DNA of 64,000 nucleotides from NCBI GenBank assembly GCA_021773295.1, contig JAJFKI010000097.1, positions 2,508 through 66,507 on the forward strand, read 5' to 3'. A program made the translations under genes and the position numbers. The notes beneath the pieces were generated by a model that was given only the letters and a program-made list of their open reading frames with translations, had not been told where the DNA came from and ran no database searches. This document shows positions 40,499 through 50,718 of the stretch, in pieces; the stretch's first letter is position 1, and every line of letters starts with the position of its first letter. Source of the stretch: Gammaproteobacteria bacterium. GTDB taxonomy: Bacteria; Pseudomonadota; Gammaproteobacteria; UBA1113.

Positions 40499-41755
40499 TT
40501 AACTTGATTTACTCAAGCGCTCATACTCATGTCTTGGCAAACAGATGGTTAAAAAGTAATGACCTTCTTCATCAACCTCTTCGTCGATCACTGCACCAAT
40601 GTCGTAAAAATGTGCACGTAACTTTGCATCTTGGCTAGTTAGGCAGAGCGTCTGGTAGCACAGTTCGCCGTGTAAAATTTCTGCGATGGCTTGGTGGAGT
40701 AAGTCAATGCCCTCGCCGGTCACGGCAGATAGCCACACGCGGCGAATATGATTGTGCTCATCACGCTCTAGTAAGGGCTCGGCTCCTTCCACTAAGTCTA
40801 TTTTGTTGTACACCATTAATTGCGGCACGCTTTGGGCACCGATTTCTTTTAACACTAACGCTACTTGTTCAGCATGGGTGCGACGGCGCTCATCATTAGC
40901 ATCGACGATGTGTAATAACATATCAGCTTGCGTCGTTTCTTCTAAGGTTGCGCGAAAAGCATCCACTAAATCGTGGGGTAAATGACGGATGAAACCAACC
41001 GTGTCCGCTAAGATGGCTTGGCCTAAACTGCTAATATTAATTCGTCGCAAGGTAGGATCAAGGGTTGCAAATAATTTATCCGCAGCGTAAACATCACTTT
41101 GGGTTAAGCGATTAAATAAGGTTGATTTACCGGCATTAGTATATCCCACCAAAGAAATCGTAGGGATATTCGCTTTCTGCCGCGAACGACGATTTTGGGT
41201 GCGCTGACTCTGGACTTTTTGTAAACGCTTTTTAATGTTTTTAATGCGAAGATTAATCAAGCGCCTGTCGGACTCAAGCTGAGTTTCACCCGGGCCACGC
41301 AAGCCAATACCACCCTTTTGGCGCTCTAAGTGGGTCCAGCCTCGGACTAAGCGGGTAGATAAATGTTGTAATTGTGCCAATTCTACTTGCAACTTACCTT
41401 CATGCGTACGTGCGCGCTGCGCAAAAATATCCAGGATAAGACCTATCCTGTCTAAGACCTGGCAATCAAATAATTTTTCTAAATTTCGCTGCTGTCCAGG
41501 CGACAATTCACAATTCATGATGACAAGATCTGCCTCATGATGCATGATAAATTGCTTGATTGCCTCAGCTTTACCACTACCAATATAAAATTTGGGGTGG
41601 GGTGCTTTGCGAGACACAACAATGACTTCAACACTCGTAGCACCGGCTGATGCTACGAGTAGCTTGAATTCATCTAACTCTTCTTGGACGTTGCCTTTGG
41701 CAAAATCCACATGAACTAACACAGCTAATTCACCACCGGTGGGGCGCTCGAACAA
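40499..41755 (-). CDS. hflX: Ribosome-splitting GTPase HflX
   Basis: GYTNAGKST, LFATLDPT, DTVGFI, NKID; TTG start 41755 with AGGAG RBS. Confidence 0.97.
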   Translation of the reverse strand: MFERPTGGELAVLVHVDFAKGNVQEELDEFKLLVASAGATSVEVIVVSRKAPHPKFYIGSGKAEAIKQFIMHHEADLVIMNCELSPGQQRNLEKLFDCQVLDRIGLILDIFAQRARTHEGKLQVELAQLQHLSTRLVRGWTHLERQKGGIGLRGPGETQLESDRRLINLRIKNIKKRLQKVQSQRTQNRRSRQKANIPTISLVGYTNAGKSTLFNRLTQSDVYAADKLFATLDPTLRRINISSLGQAILADTVGFIRHLPHDLVDAFRATLEETTQADMLLHIVDANDERRRTHAEQVALVLKEIGAQSVPQLMVYNKIDLVEGAEPLLERDEHNHIRRVWLSAVTGEGIDLLHQAIAEILHGELCYQTLCLTSQDAKLRAHFYDIGAVIDEEVDEEGHYFLTICLPRHEYERLSKSS

Positions 41756-41847
41756 ATAAACTCCTAATGATGTTGTGCTTTGAAAAAGCACTCTTTAGGT
41801 TTTTACCTCAATTTAGATACCCACCACACGTTTAGGTGACTATCTTA

Positions 41848-42102
41848 TCAGCCTTCTACAGAAGCTTCTTCTTCTTCATGCACCGCATTCATCATTTTAA
41901 CCGCACGGGAGGGTACGATTGTCGAAATAGCATGTTTGTATACTAATTGACTGACAGAGTTTTTTAGCAACACGACAAATTGATCGAATGAATCAACTTG
42001 CCCCTGTAGCTTGATCCCATTCACTAAATAGATAGCGACAGGAACTTTATCTTTGCGTAGTGCATTTAAAAAAGGGTCTTGTAATGTTTGCCCTTTTGAC
42101 AT
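41848..42102 (-). CDS. hfq: RNA chaperone Hfq
   Basis: [31 protein letters not shown]. Confidence 0.99.
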   Translation of the reverse strand: MSKGQTLQDPFLNALRKDKVPVAIYLVNGIKLQGQVDSFDQFVVLLKNSVSQLVYKHAISTIVPSRAVKMMNAVHEEEEASVEG

Positions 42103-42298
42103 TTCCTTTCTCCTTATTCCCTAACACGTCAGCCGAGGCTGATTAAGGTTAACCGTTAAACGGACTAAGTCTAGCATGGTCTTAAGCCAGCTATAAAGAA
42201 AGTTTTTAATATTACAGGATTATTTTTTTCAAAAAGCCTGGTTTGCAATTGCCTTGTTCACTATAATAACAATAATTTACATTTATTTAGCAGTAATT

Positions 42299-43651
42299 AT
42301 GAGCAAATGGCATCCTTTTAGTTGGCAAGACAAAACCTGCGAACAGCAACCTGACTATTCTTCGGCCGAGGCCTTGGCAAATGCCAGTGACAAATTGGCA
42401 AGCCTGCCTCCTTTAGTGTCAGAATTTGAAATTAAACGCTTAAAAAAACAATTGGCCGCCGCCCAAGCGGGCCACTATTTTTTAATCCAAGGTGGCGATT
42501 GCGCCGAAAGCTTTGCAGAATGCAGCGCCGACTCAATCACCAATAAATTAAAAATTCTGTTGCAAATGAGCTTGATTTTGACCTATGGCTTACGCACACC
42601 CGTTATTCGAGTGGGACGGATAGCTGGTCAATACGCCAAACCTCGCTCTCAAGCCAATGAAACCATCGACGGTGTCACCTTGCCAAGTTATCGTGGCGAT
42701 ATCATTAACCAGGCCGATTTCACCCCCGAAGCACGTGAACCAGATCCACAAAAAATGCTCACTGGCTATCACTATTCTGCACTGACGCTCAATTATTTAC
42801 GGGCTCTCATCGATGGCGGCTTCGCCGATTTGCAATATCCAGAAAACTGGAACTTAGATTTCGTCAAACATTCTCCCATGGCCGATGACTATTTAAATTT
42901 ATCCAATATGATTGGGGATGCCATCGATTATGTGAAAACTATTCCCGGTATCAATACCACCAATTTACAACAAGTTGATTTCTTCGCCAGCCATGAAGCC
43001 TTATTACTGCCCTATGAAGCTGCCCTAACTCGCTATTCTGAGCCTCACCAGCGCTGGTATAATTTATCCACTCACTTACCATGGATTGGCATGCGTACTG
43101 CGCATTTGGATCATGGGCATGTGGAATACATGCGTGGTATCGCCAATCCTGTTGGCGTTAAAATCGGCCCCACGATGACCCAAGCATGGTTAATTGATTT
43201 ATTGGATACATTAAACCCCGAGCATGAGCCTGGCAAAATTATCTTAATCCATCGCTTTGGCCATACCCAAATTGGCGAGCACTTGCCAGCTTTAATCAAA
43301 GCCGTTAAGACAAGTAAACATCCTGTGCTTTGGTCATGCGATCCCATGCATGGTAATACCAAGAAAACCAGTCTCGGACATAAGACCCGTTATTTCCATG
43401 ACATTTTATCGGAATTACAACAAGCCTTTACCATTCATAATGCCCATGATAGCCAGCTAGGTGGCGTGCATTTTGAAATGACTGGCGACAATATTACAGA
43501 ATGCATCGGCGGCGCCATGGATGTGCGCGAAGAAGATTTAATCGACGGCTATAAAAGCACCGTTGATCCACGCCTTAATTATGAGCAAGCTTTAGAAATG
43601 GCCATGTTAATTGTAAGCTCGGTATCGAAGATTCCTAAGCCAGGGTCTTAG
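42299..43651 (+). CDS. Class II DAHP synthase
   Basis: LIQGGDCAESF, GRIAGQYAKPRS, CDPMHGNT, DPRLNYEQALE; start at ATG 42299. Confidence 0.95.
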   Translation: MSKWHPFSWQDKTCEQQPDYSSAEALANASDKLASLPPLVSEFEIKRLKKQLAAAQAGHYFLIQGGDCAESFAECSADSITNKLKILLQMSLILTYGLRTPVIRVGRIAGQYAKPRSQANETIDGVTLPSYRGDIINQADFTPEAREPDPQKMLTGYHYSALTLNYLRALIDGGFADLQYPENWNLDFVKHSPMADDYLNLSNMIGDAIDYVKTIPGINTTNLQQVDFFASHEALLLPYEAALTRYSEPHQRWYNLSTHLPWIGMRTAHLDHGHVEYMRGIANPVGVKIGPTMTQAWLIDLLDTLNPEHEPGKIILIHRFGHTQIGEHLPALIKAVKTSKHPVLWSCDPMHGNTKKTSLGHKTRYFHDILSELQQAFTIHNAHDSQLGGVHFEMTGDNITECIGGAMDVREEDLIDGYKSTVDPRLNYEQALEMAMLIVSSVSKIPKPGS

Positions 43652-44128
43652 CAACCTTTCAATGATGCAAATCATTACCACGCAAGCGAGGATGGTAAGG
43701 TATAACCAACCATCCCAGTGATCGATCACCACACCTAAGGATAAACCCACGGCGGGTGGGTGATTTAAGTCGAGTACAATTAAGCTAAGCATGGTGGTTG
43801 CCAACGCTAAACCACCGGTAATGATATACACATGGTCGTATCTAAGAACGTGCTCAACGCCAACAAATTTGCGACTGCCATAAAAATAAAGGAGCCCAAC
43901 GGCCAATCCTATACAATAACTCAAAATCACACGTCTTAATTTCGCCGTTTCACAATGAGGACGAGAAAGTAAAATAAAGATGGTCGAACCAATTGAGCTC
44001 GCGCCGACAATACTAAGAATACCTTCACTTTCCACGAGTCGTAAGCATAATAAAACACTAACACATAGCAGCAAGGCGACGGTAATTTGAAGAGTGGTGG
44101 CTACCCTTGGAGAAAATTTCTTTTTCAC
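43607..44128 (-). CDS. HPP-family membrane protein
   Basis: Several TM segments with the NHPPAVG motif. Confidence 0.8.
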   Translation of the reverse strand: MKKKFSPRVATTLQITVALLLCVSVLLCLRLVESEGILSIVGASSIGSTIFILLSRPHCETAKLRRVILSYCIGLAVGLLYFYGSRKFVGVEHVLRYDHVYIITGGLALATTMLSLIVLDLNHPPAVGLSLGVVIDHWDGWLYLTILACVVMICIIERLLRPWLRNLRYRAYN

Positions 44129-44191
44129 GATTGAAGATCCGTTTCAGACTGACTTAGTGTTACTGTGGCATAAAAGGTGAAACTGAGTCAA

Positions 44192-46015
44192 TCACCGCGT
44201 TGCAAAGAATTGTCTGACTCTTTCGCCAGCTTCTTGGCCGGTGAGTTGTGAGAAGCGAGTGGGTGATTCGGCCTGATCTCCTTCAGCACGATGCATCAGC
44301 ACAGGTTCTGTTGAGCAGCCATAGTTGAAGGGTACACAGCTGTGGCCACACACATCAGGCTCAACAGTGTAACCATCCACGTCTTTAAAGAAAACGGTCA
44401 TCTTGCGGTTACGGTTTGTGACTTTATGAGTACTTGGATCACGACCGAAAAAACCATACTTGTGTAACACCCTATCAAATTTTAAGCGTGATGATTTGTG
44501 CAGTGAACAAAAATGGCTGAGGACTGGATCATCTAAAGGTCTACAAGCTTCGCGAACATCTTTGTGTGATCGCACCACAGAATACTCGCGTTTTAATGTC
44601 GGCAGACTGGCAAAATGTGCTGCCGTATTCAATTGCCACCTAGCACTCCATAATGCAACAGCAATAATTGGACGAAGGAAAAATCCTAATACTTTTCCAA
44701 TAACTGGTAACTTTCTCACATACGAAATTGCTACGTTAGTGGTAGAAGAAAATGTTTTAGAGGCATAGGTGCCTGCTAAATTTATACCACGCCGATGGTA
44801 ATAATTAGCAACATGACTAACGATGCTGCCACCTAAAGAGACGCCATGCAAACCAATGCGCTCATAAGGCACACCGAGTTCCTTATTCAAACGTTCGACT
44901 TGGGCAATACCTGCCTCGATTAAGTGTGCTGCCTTTCTAACTTTGCCACTACTGTTTAAAACACCGGGATAATTAAATTGAACGGCCGTGACCGAAGTGC
45001 CTAGTGATTGATAGGCCCTTAAGTCACCTTTAACTCTAGGCATGTCACGCTGATAGCAATCACTATTTCCATTGAAGTAAATAATATGTAAATGATTGCG
45101 TGGCGCCGTTGTGTTTACCAAACGATTATCAGCCAAAACGCCTGTCATCACAGCACCTGATGGCATGCGTACTTTAAATTCTTCAAAGTTTATCTCTTGA
45201 GATCTTGGAGTGGGCTCAGGTAATGCATCAAAATGAAAATATTCATTATCGGCATCAATATCACCGAATGCTTCAATAAGCGCTGCATCCTCGGCGGCGA
45301 AAGGGGTTTCTTCAACTTCATGTTGTTTTTTTAAGGCAAGGTATTGATTACTCAACACATGATCTAAATCAATACTACCTTGCGCTGAAACTTGTGGTTC
45401 TTTTAACCCCCCAGGAAAAATCAATGGTCCTAAGGTGCCAGTCAACGTTTGCGGCTTAGTGATATAGTGGGGGTTACCATGATTAGCCACACCAGCAATA
45501 GCACGACCAATGGTTTGTTTACTCAGAAAACTATCAAAAATTAATAAGCGCATTAACCGCTTTAAGTTCGAGTTGAAAAAACCAAACAGCGGCTTCCACC
45601 ATGATTCTGGTAAACGGGTATACTCAAATGCATCATTATTAACCGCTTCTACTTCCGAGCCTAATAACTCAGAAAAATAGCGGGAGACTTTTTCACCATA
45701 TTTACGCCAAAAACCCATCTCATCTAATTTAATGTCATCATTATGTTGTTTGATAGTCTCATATAATAAGGCAAAAGGATGGTGAATGGTTTTGAGCGTC
45801 TCTGCGGTGATTGCTTGCGCTTCACCGTCATAATATTGTAAATAAAAACGATGCACACAGCTTGGATCGGTGGCAGGCGTTACACGGCAAAAAGGCTCTC
45901 TGACCATTTCACCATAGTGATCAACTTGATGATAAACCGTTAGCGTTTTAGGTTTTTCTTCTAACCGTTTGAAATAAAACGCAAGTTCATTATTTAAATC
46001 ATGAATATCTGTCAT
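44192..46015 (-). CDS. Alpha/beta hydrolase (lipase-like), resembling the Legionella SidB/SdbA effector family
   Basis: YFNGN oxyanion region, FNYPGV, LHGVSLGG nucleophile elbow, TFSS, DDPVL, C-terminal His candidates; long unrelated N-terminus. Confidence 0.7.
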   Translation of the reverse strand: MTDIHDLNNELAFYFKRLEEKPKTLTVYHQVDHYGEMVREPFCRVTPATDPSCVHRFYLQYYDGEAQAITAETLKTIHHPFALLYETIKQHNDDIKLDEMGFWRKYGEKVSRYFSELLGSEVEAVNNDAFEYTRLPESWWKPLFGFFNSNLKRLMRLLIFDSFLSKQTIGRAIAGVANHGNPHYITKPQTLTGTLGPLIFPGGLKEPQVSAQGSIDLDHVLSNQYLALKKQHEVEETPFAAEDAALIEAFGDIDADNEYFHFDALPEPTPRSQEINFEEFKVRMPSGAVMTGVLADNRLVNTTAPRNHLHIIYFNGNSDCYQRDMPRVKGDLRAYQSLGTSVTAVQFNYPGVLNSSGKVRKAAHLIEAGIAQVERLNKELGVPYERIGLHGVSLGGSIVSHVANYYHRRGINLAGTYASKTFSSTTNVAISYVRKLPVIGKVLGFFLRPIIAVALWSARWQLNTAAHFASLPTLKREYSVVRSHKDVREACRPLDDPVLSHFCSLHKSSRLKFDRVLHKYGFFGRDPSTHKVTNRNRKMTVFFKDVDGYTVEPDVCGHSCVPFNYGCSTEPVLMHRAEGDQAESPTRFSQLTGQEAGERVRQFFATR

Positions 46016-46026
46016 ACCTGGCTCAA

Positions 46027-46542
46027 TTATGCTTTTTTAGTAACGTTTGCTGTAGGTTTTGCAGCTTTAGCATGGTGTTGTGCAGGAACTGGTGTTGTAT
46101 CTGGGATTAAGCGAACACGCGCACCGTAAAGTAATAAGACGCGTTGGTTAACGTGTAAATTCGTTGGAGCTTGCACCACAGACATTGTTTTACGAGTATC
46201 AAGTTGAACAATATACTCAATAGCATTTTGCGTGTTGACACTCTTATCAATTGCATGACCCGCAATACCACCGGCAATAGCACCAGCAACGCCTGTCACG
46301 ATACTACCGCGGCCGCCACCAACAGCAGATCCTAAAACGGCACCAGAGGCTAAACCTGCAGGCCCGCCGAAACCAGAATTACCTTTTACTTTGACCGGGC
46401 GCATGCTGATGATTACACCATGATACACACGAGAACCTGAATCAATATTGGCATCAGAATAGGTATTTGGAGAAAGATCTTTAGCACATGCAGCTAGCAA
46501 CAAAGTTAATAGAATGGGTAAAACCACAATGTAACGTTTCAT
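46027..46542 (-). CDS. Outer-membrane lipoprotein SlyB/Pcp family (glycine zipper)
   Basis: Lipobox LAAC; GAVLGSAVGGGRG...GAIAGGIAG glycine zipper; VVQ motif. Confidence 0.88.
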   Translation of the reverse strand: MKRYIVVLPILLTLLLAACAKDLSPNTYSDANIDSGSRVYHGVIISMRPVKVKGNSGFGGPAGLASGAVLGSAVGGGRGSIVTGVAGAIAGGIAGHAIDKSVNTQNAIEYIVQLDTRKTMSVVQAPTNLHVNQRVLLLYGARVRLIPDTTPVPAQHHAKAAKPTANVTKKA

Positions 46543-46739
46543 ATAAGTATCCTCTGTCTCAATTTAGGTATATGCCCATAATTACATAAGGACTAAGGGC
46601 ACCTCTCGCGGCAGATTATAAAACTACCAGTTTGTAATTGCATTATTTTTTTTCTTAAGGATATCTTAAATGTACATTTGGTCTAAATACAGAAAAATGG
46701 TACGATTTGGTTCAATCTTAAGAATGATGGGGCAATTAG

Positions 46740-47693
46740 ATGGCACAAGATGATAATGGCAATTCACAGCAAGAGGCGTTGCAGACTATTTTATTGGAAG
46801 GAATAAAAGAACAACGTCGCTCCAGACGCTGGCGGATTTTCTTTCGTTTTGCTTGGATTGGAATCATTATCATCGCTATTTTTGCCTTAAGACCTGGCCA
46901 TAGTAAGGATTACTATAGCCGTAACTTACCCCACGCCGCGTTGATTAAAATAAGTGGCACCATTATGCCTGGTGTTAGCACCAGTGCTGAGAATATCAAT
47001 AAAAGTTTAAATAGTGCCTTTAGCGATGAAAATGCCACTGGTATCTTGTTGCAAATCAATAGCCCCGGCGGTTCTCCTGTGCAAGCAGGTGAAGTCTATG
47101 ACAATATCATGCGCCTTCGAAAAAAATACCCTAAGAAAAAAGTCTATGCCGTGTGTACTGATATGTGTGCTTCCGGTGCTTATTATATTGCAGCCGCTGC
47201 CAATGATGTTTATGTAGATAAAGCCAGTTTGGTTGGTTCCATTGGTGTATTGATGAATGGCTTTGGTTTCGTGGATACCTTGAAAAAAGTCGGCGCCACC
47301 AGACGGTTAATCACTGCTGGTTCTGAAAAAGGCTTTATGGATCCTTTCTCACCCGTCAAAGAATCCGATGTGAAATACATGCACAAAATGTTAGGCATCA
47401 TCCATCAGCAATTTATCAACAGCGTCAAAAAAGGCCGCGGCAAACGTTTGAAATTAGACACACCGTTATTATTCTCAGGCTTAGTCTGGACCGGCCAACA
47501 AGCTGTACAAATCGGCTTAGCCGATGGCTTAGGCAGCCCCACTGAAGTCGCCCGCGATGTGATTAAAACTAAAAATATTGTGGATTATACGCAACAACAA
47601 AGCTTATTCAGTAAGTTTTCCGCCAAAGTTGGCGCTGAGTTTGCAGATTCAGTCACAACGCACCTGGGCATACCCGCTTCAGGATTGCAGTAA
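46740..47693 (+). CDS. S49 family signal peptide peptidase (SppA 36K type)
   Basis: INSPGGSPVQ, CASGAYYIA, VGSIGV, FSGLVWTG. Confidence 0.93.
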   Translation: MAQDDNGNSQQEALQTILLEGIKEQRRSRRWRIFFRFAWIGIIIIAIFALRPGHSKDYYSRNLPHAALIKISGTIMPGVSTSAENINKSLNSAFSDENATGILLQINSPGGSPVQAGEVYDNIMRLRKKYPKKKVYAVCTDMCASGAYYIAAAANDVYVDKASLVGSIGVLMNGFGFVDTLKKVGATRRLITAGSEKGFMDPFSPVKESDVKYMHKMLGIIHQQFINSVKKGRGKRLKLDTPLLFSGLVWTGQQAVQIGLADGLGSPTEVARDVIKTKNIVDYTQQQSLFSKFSAKVGAEFADSVTTHLGIPASGLQ

Positions 47694-47820
47694 GGCTTCA
47701 CGCGCTCACGTTGTGAGACCGGGCGTTAGACGCGTTTTTTAGATAGTTTTTGCAACTGCTGGTATTCACCAGCGCAAAAGGTAGAATTGAGATACAGATG
47801 ATAAAAAAGAGAAAAGTAAT

Positions 47821-49962
47821 ATGAAATCACTTCAGTTAGGCGGGCACCTTAAAGGCAATTGGACAAATAATTTAAACCCGTTATTACCCACAACACGACC
47901 ATCAAGACAGTATCCAGTCATTACGGTACAATCCCCTGACTCTGACTCTGACTCTGACTCTGACTCTAATGCTGGCTCTAGCTCTGCTACCAAAAGCCTC
48001 GAAAATTCAAGAGGTCGTCACCTTGACGCGGGGAAGGCGTTCACCGAAGAAGAATTAAGTCAGATTCACGAATGGCAACGCTTCACTGCTAATATGCGGC
48101 CTGCAAGAAGCAAAGAGGAAATAAAAAAAGAAGTACGGCAAGCTTTTAAACGCTTGTTAGTTGGTAACTATAGCGCCATCCATATGCCTATAGATCCAAA
48201 TGGGCACCCAATGTTTAAGAAACCCTGCGAATACTTTGATCCCATTTCAGGAGAACGTATCTCTGCTGTCAGGGCTGATGACGATAGTGCTGTTCCATCT
48301 TTGATTCTAAAAAAACATGGCGTGGAAATAGGCCGACGTATTCATTTTATTCCCGGACGATTTTTTGATAAAGATGGGCATCCCATTCACTCACTTAAGA
48401 ATGAAAGTGGCGAGCCCATTAGAACGTTAACGCTATTTGACCGTGACGGAAATCATGTTGCGCGTCGCAACCTCATGGTTAATAAACATGTCGCCAAGTC
48501 GATAAAATGGAGCACAAAAATTTTTGGCGGAATCATGGCTGTGTTAGCCCTTCCTGTGGGCATTGCATTTATGCATGCCGGTTGGTATGGCGTTGAAGAA
48601 TTTATAGGACAAGATTATGACGATAGCCTTGAGTATTTTGTAAAAGCATGTTTTGAAACCGTCAATGGTCTTCAAGCTGCTTTATATAACTTTAGTGTTT
48701 TTTCAAATTTAATTTTTTTCCCTCGCTTCATGAGTCAATTTTTCACAGAGTCACGCAAAGATCTATTGCTATTATTACCATTTGTTATCCTGAGTTTTTT
48801 TGCTGCAACTTACTCTATCTTTGGTGTGGTTTTTAATCGTCTTGAAGATGAAGAAATTCCTGTGACGGTTATCGTTGCTCTATCAATGGCTTGCATGCAA
48901 GCGGCAGGGATCAGCTTTATTAATATCTTTTATTCCACTAAAAAGTCACGTTTTATTATGCAATTAGCCAGAGACTTTACTATCAGTAGTGAAAATCGAG
49001 CAAGAACTGATATGCTGCAGTTGTATGAGTTATCTGAAGAATACGCTAAGGGCGAGCACTGGAAAATTTTCCTAAAAGAGCTTAAAGCATTAACACCAGA
49101 ACAGCTAGTCATTCTCTTAGGCAGTTTATCAAAAAAGAAAAATTATAAATATAAATTAAAATCACAAAGTTTTAACCGAACGATTATCTATACGCTTGTG
49201 GGCGCTTTAGGTGCTTTATTGTGCGTCGCAGGCAGCATAACAGCGCCGGCAGTCACCTACAATGATGATACTTTACCTGTGGGTTTATCTGAAATTGTAA
49301 CCTTTGCTGTTGCCACCATTTCAGCCGTTTTTTTCGCGAAGCTAGGTTATGAAGTATTTAATGAGTTGTGTTTTTTGCACCAGCGATTTTCATGGTTTCA
49401 GCGTCAACCCACTGTATTACAAATCATACGCAGCCTTTTTTTGTTAATCTGTTTTGTCTTAGTGAGCTTTTCTTGGTTTCCTAGCGTCTCATTAGGTATT
49501 ATTGAGGGTGGCTTACCCGAGGAATATGCGTTTTTTATGGTTACTTTGGCCCTCTTTATCGTCAGTCTTCGAAGTACCATTGGTTTTTTTGAAGGCATCA
49601 TTTCCGCACTACAAAGCTGCTCTCGCATCACAAGACTACCAAAAGATGAATTGCCTAAACCCTTTGAAAAACTACAAAGTAAAATTCAAAGGATGGTCGT
49701 AAAAGGACATTTCTTGCAGATTGAGCGCGCCTTTGACATCGTCATAAAAGAAAATAAAGCCATGACCCAAGCATTAGAAGAAGATCGTGCACCATCACGG
49801 TGCACTAGACTTGGTCGAAATTTATGTGCTTTCTTTAAAAGAGAGGAAGCACCCATTGAGCCGATAGGTCCAAATGAAGAATCACCCTTGATTAATAGTC
49901 ATGTACCTCCTGATGAGGATAACCTCTTCAATTGCCCAAGATTAAGCTGCACATTGCAGTAG
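47821..49962 (+). CDS. Hypothetical polytopic membrane protein with C-terminal CaaX (CTLQ); putative effector
   Basis: Soluble N-terminus with (DS)5 repeat, about 8 TM segments in two blocks, EESPLI dileucine-like motif, terminal CTLQ. Confidence 0.7.
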   Translation: MKSLQLGGHLKGNWTNNLNPLLPTTRPSRQYPVITVQSPDSDSDSDSDSNAGSSSATKSLENSRGRHLDAGKAFTEEELSQIHEWQRFTANMRPARSKEEIKKEVRQAFKRLLVGNYSAIHMPIDPNGHPMFKKPCEYFDPISGERISAVRADDDSAVPSLILKKHGVEIGRRIHFIPGRFFDKDGHPIHSLKNESGEPIRTLTLFDRDGNHVARRNLMVNKHVAKSIKWSTKIFGGIMAVLALPVGIAFMHAGWYGVEEFIGQDYDDSLEYFVKACFETVNGLQAALYNFSVFSNLIFFPRFMSQFFTESRKDLLLLLPFVILSFFAATYSIFGVVFNRLEDEEIPVTVIVALSMACMQAAGISFINIFYSTKKSRFIMQLARDFTISSENRARTDMLQLYELSEEYAKGEHWKIFLKELKALTPEQLVILLGSLSKKKNYKYKLKSQSFNRTIIYTLVGALGALLCVAGSITAPAVTYNDDTLPVGLSEIVTFAVATISAVFFAKLGYEVFNELCFLHQRFSWFQRQPTVLQIIRSLFLLICFVLVSFSWFPSVSLGIIEGGLPEEYAFFMVTLALFIVSLRSTIGFFEGIISALQSCSRITRLPKDELPKPFEKLQSKIQRMVVKGHFLQIERAFDIVIKENKAMTQALEEDRAPSRCTRLGRNLCAFFKREEAPIEPIGPNEESPLINSHVPPDEDNLFNCPRLSCTLQ
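47938..47967 (+). repeat. (GACTCT)5 hexamer microsatellite encoding DSDSDSDSDS
   Basis: Five perfect in-frame copies. Confidence 0.9.
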
Positions 49963-49998
49963 CGCCTAAATTTCGCATCTTGAAGCACGAGTGGTATA
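49963..49998. repeat. Terminal remnant of the MITE family directly after a stop codon
   Basis: Reverse complement tataccactcgtgcttcaagatgcgaaatttaggcg matches the ends at 18499 (cttcaagatgcga) and 21931/22161 (ttaggcg/taaggcg). Confidence 0.55.
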
Positions 49999-50034
49999 CT
50001 GACCCCCAAATTAATTGGATGAAGCGTCACCACA

Positions 50035-50712
50035 ATGATACCAGGACCCTTATACAACGTATTTGGAAAATCTCCCATCAAACCGCTGCAGCAGCATATC
50101 GCTAAAGCCTATGACTGCGCCCATCATTTGTTTGATTTTTTTGCAGCCGTATTAGAGCATGAATGGCATTTGGCCGAAGAAAAGCGGCAAATCATTGCCA
50201 AACTAGAACACGAAGCTGATATTATCAAACGCAACCTGCGCGGTAATTTACACAAAGGTTTATTCTTGCCCGTATCACGAGAAGATGTGTTACAAATTCT
50301 CACGGTGCAAGATAGGATTGCCAACAAAGCCAAAGACATTGCCGGCATTATCATTGGCCGCCGCATGCACATCCCAGAAGCCATAGCCCCCAGCTACCTT
50401 GGATTATTAAAGCGTTGCATGGAAACGGTAAAACTGGCACAAAAGGCAATTAATGAACTCGATGAATTATTAGAAACCGGTTTTCGTGGTAGCGAAGTCA
50501 ACATCGTCGAAGAAATGATTACTGACATTTCCGAGGCAGAGCATGATGCCGATGATTTACAAATAAAGGTCCGACAAGAATTGTATGAAATTGAAAATAC
50601 TTTATCACCCATTGACGCCATGTTTCTTTATGAAGTTATTGATCTCACCGGGAAGATAGCAGACAGAGCAGAGCAAGTCGGAAACCGTTTACAATTATTA
50701 TTAGCGAGATAA
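50035..50712 (+). CDS. DUF47/TIGR00153 phosphate transport regulator (PhoU-like)
   Basis: FGKSPIKPLQQH, LEHEAD, LFLPVSRED, EHDAD, IADRAE; upstream of a Pit transporter. Confidence 0.92.
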   Translation: MIPGPLYNVFGKSPIKPLQQHIAKAYDCAHHLFDFFAAVLEHEWHLAEEKRQIIAKLEHEADIIKRNLRGNLHKGLFLPVSREDVLQILTVQDRIANKAKDIAGIIIGRRMHIPEAIAPSYLGLLKRCMETVKLAQKAINELDELLETGFRGSEVNIVEEMITDISEAEHDADDLQIKVRQELYEIENTLSPIDAMFLYEVIDLTGKIADRAEQVGNRLQLLLAR

Positions 50713-50718
50713 CCATTG

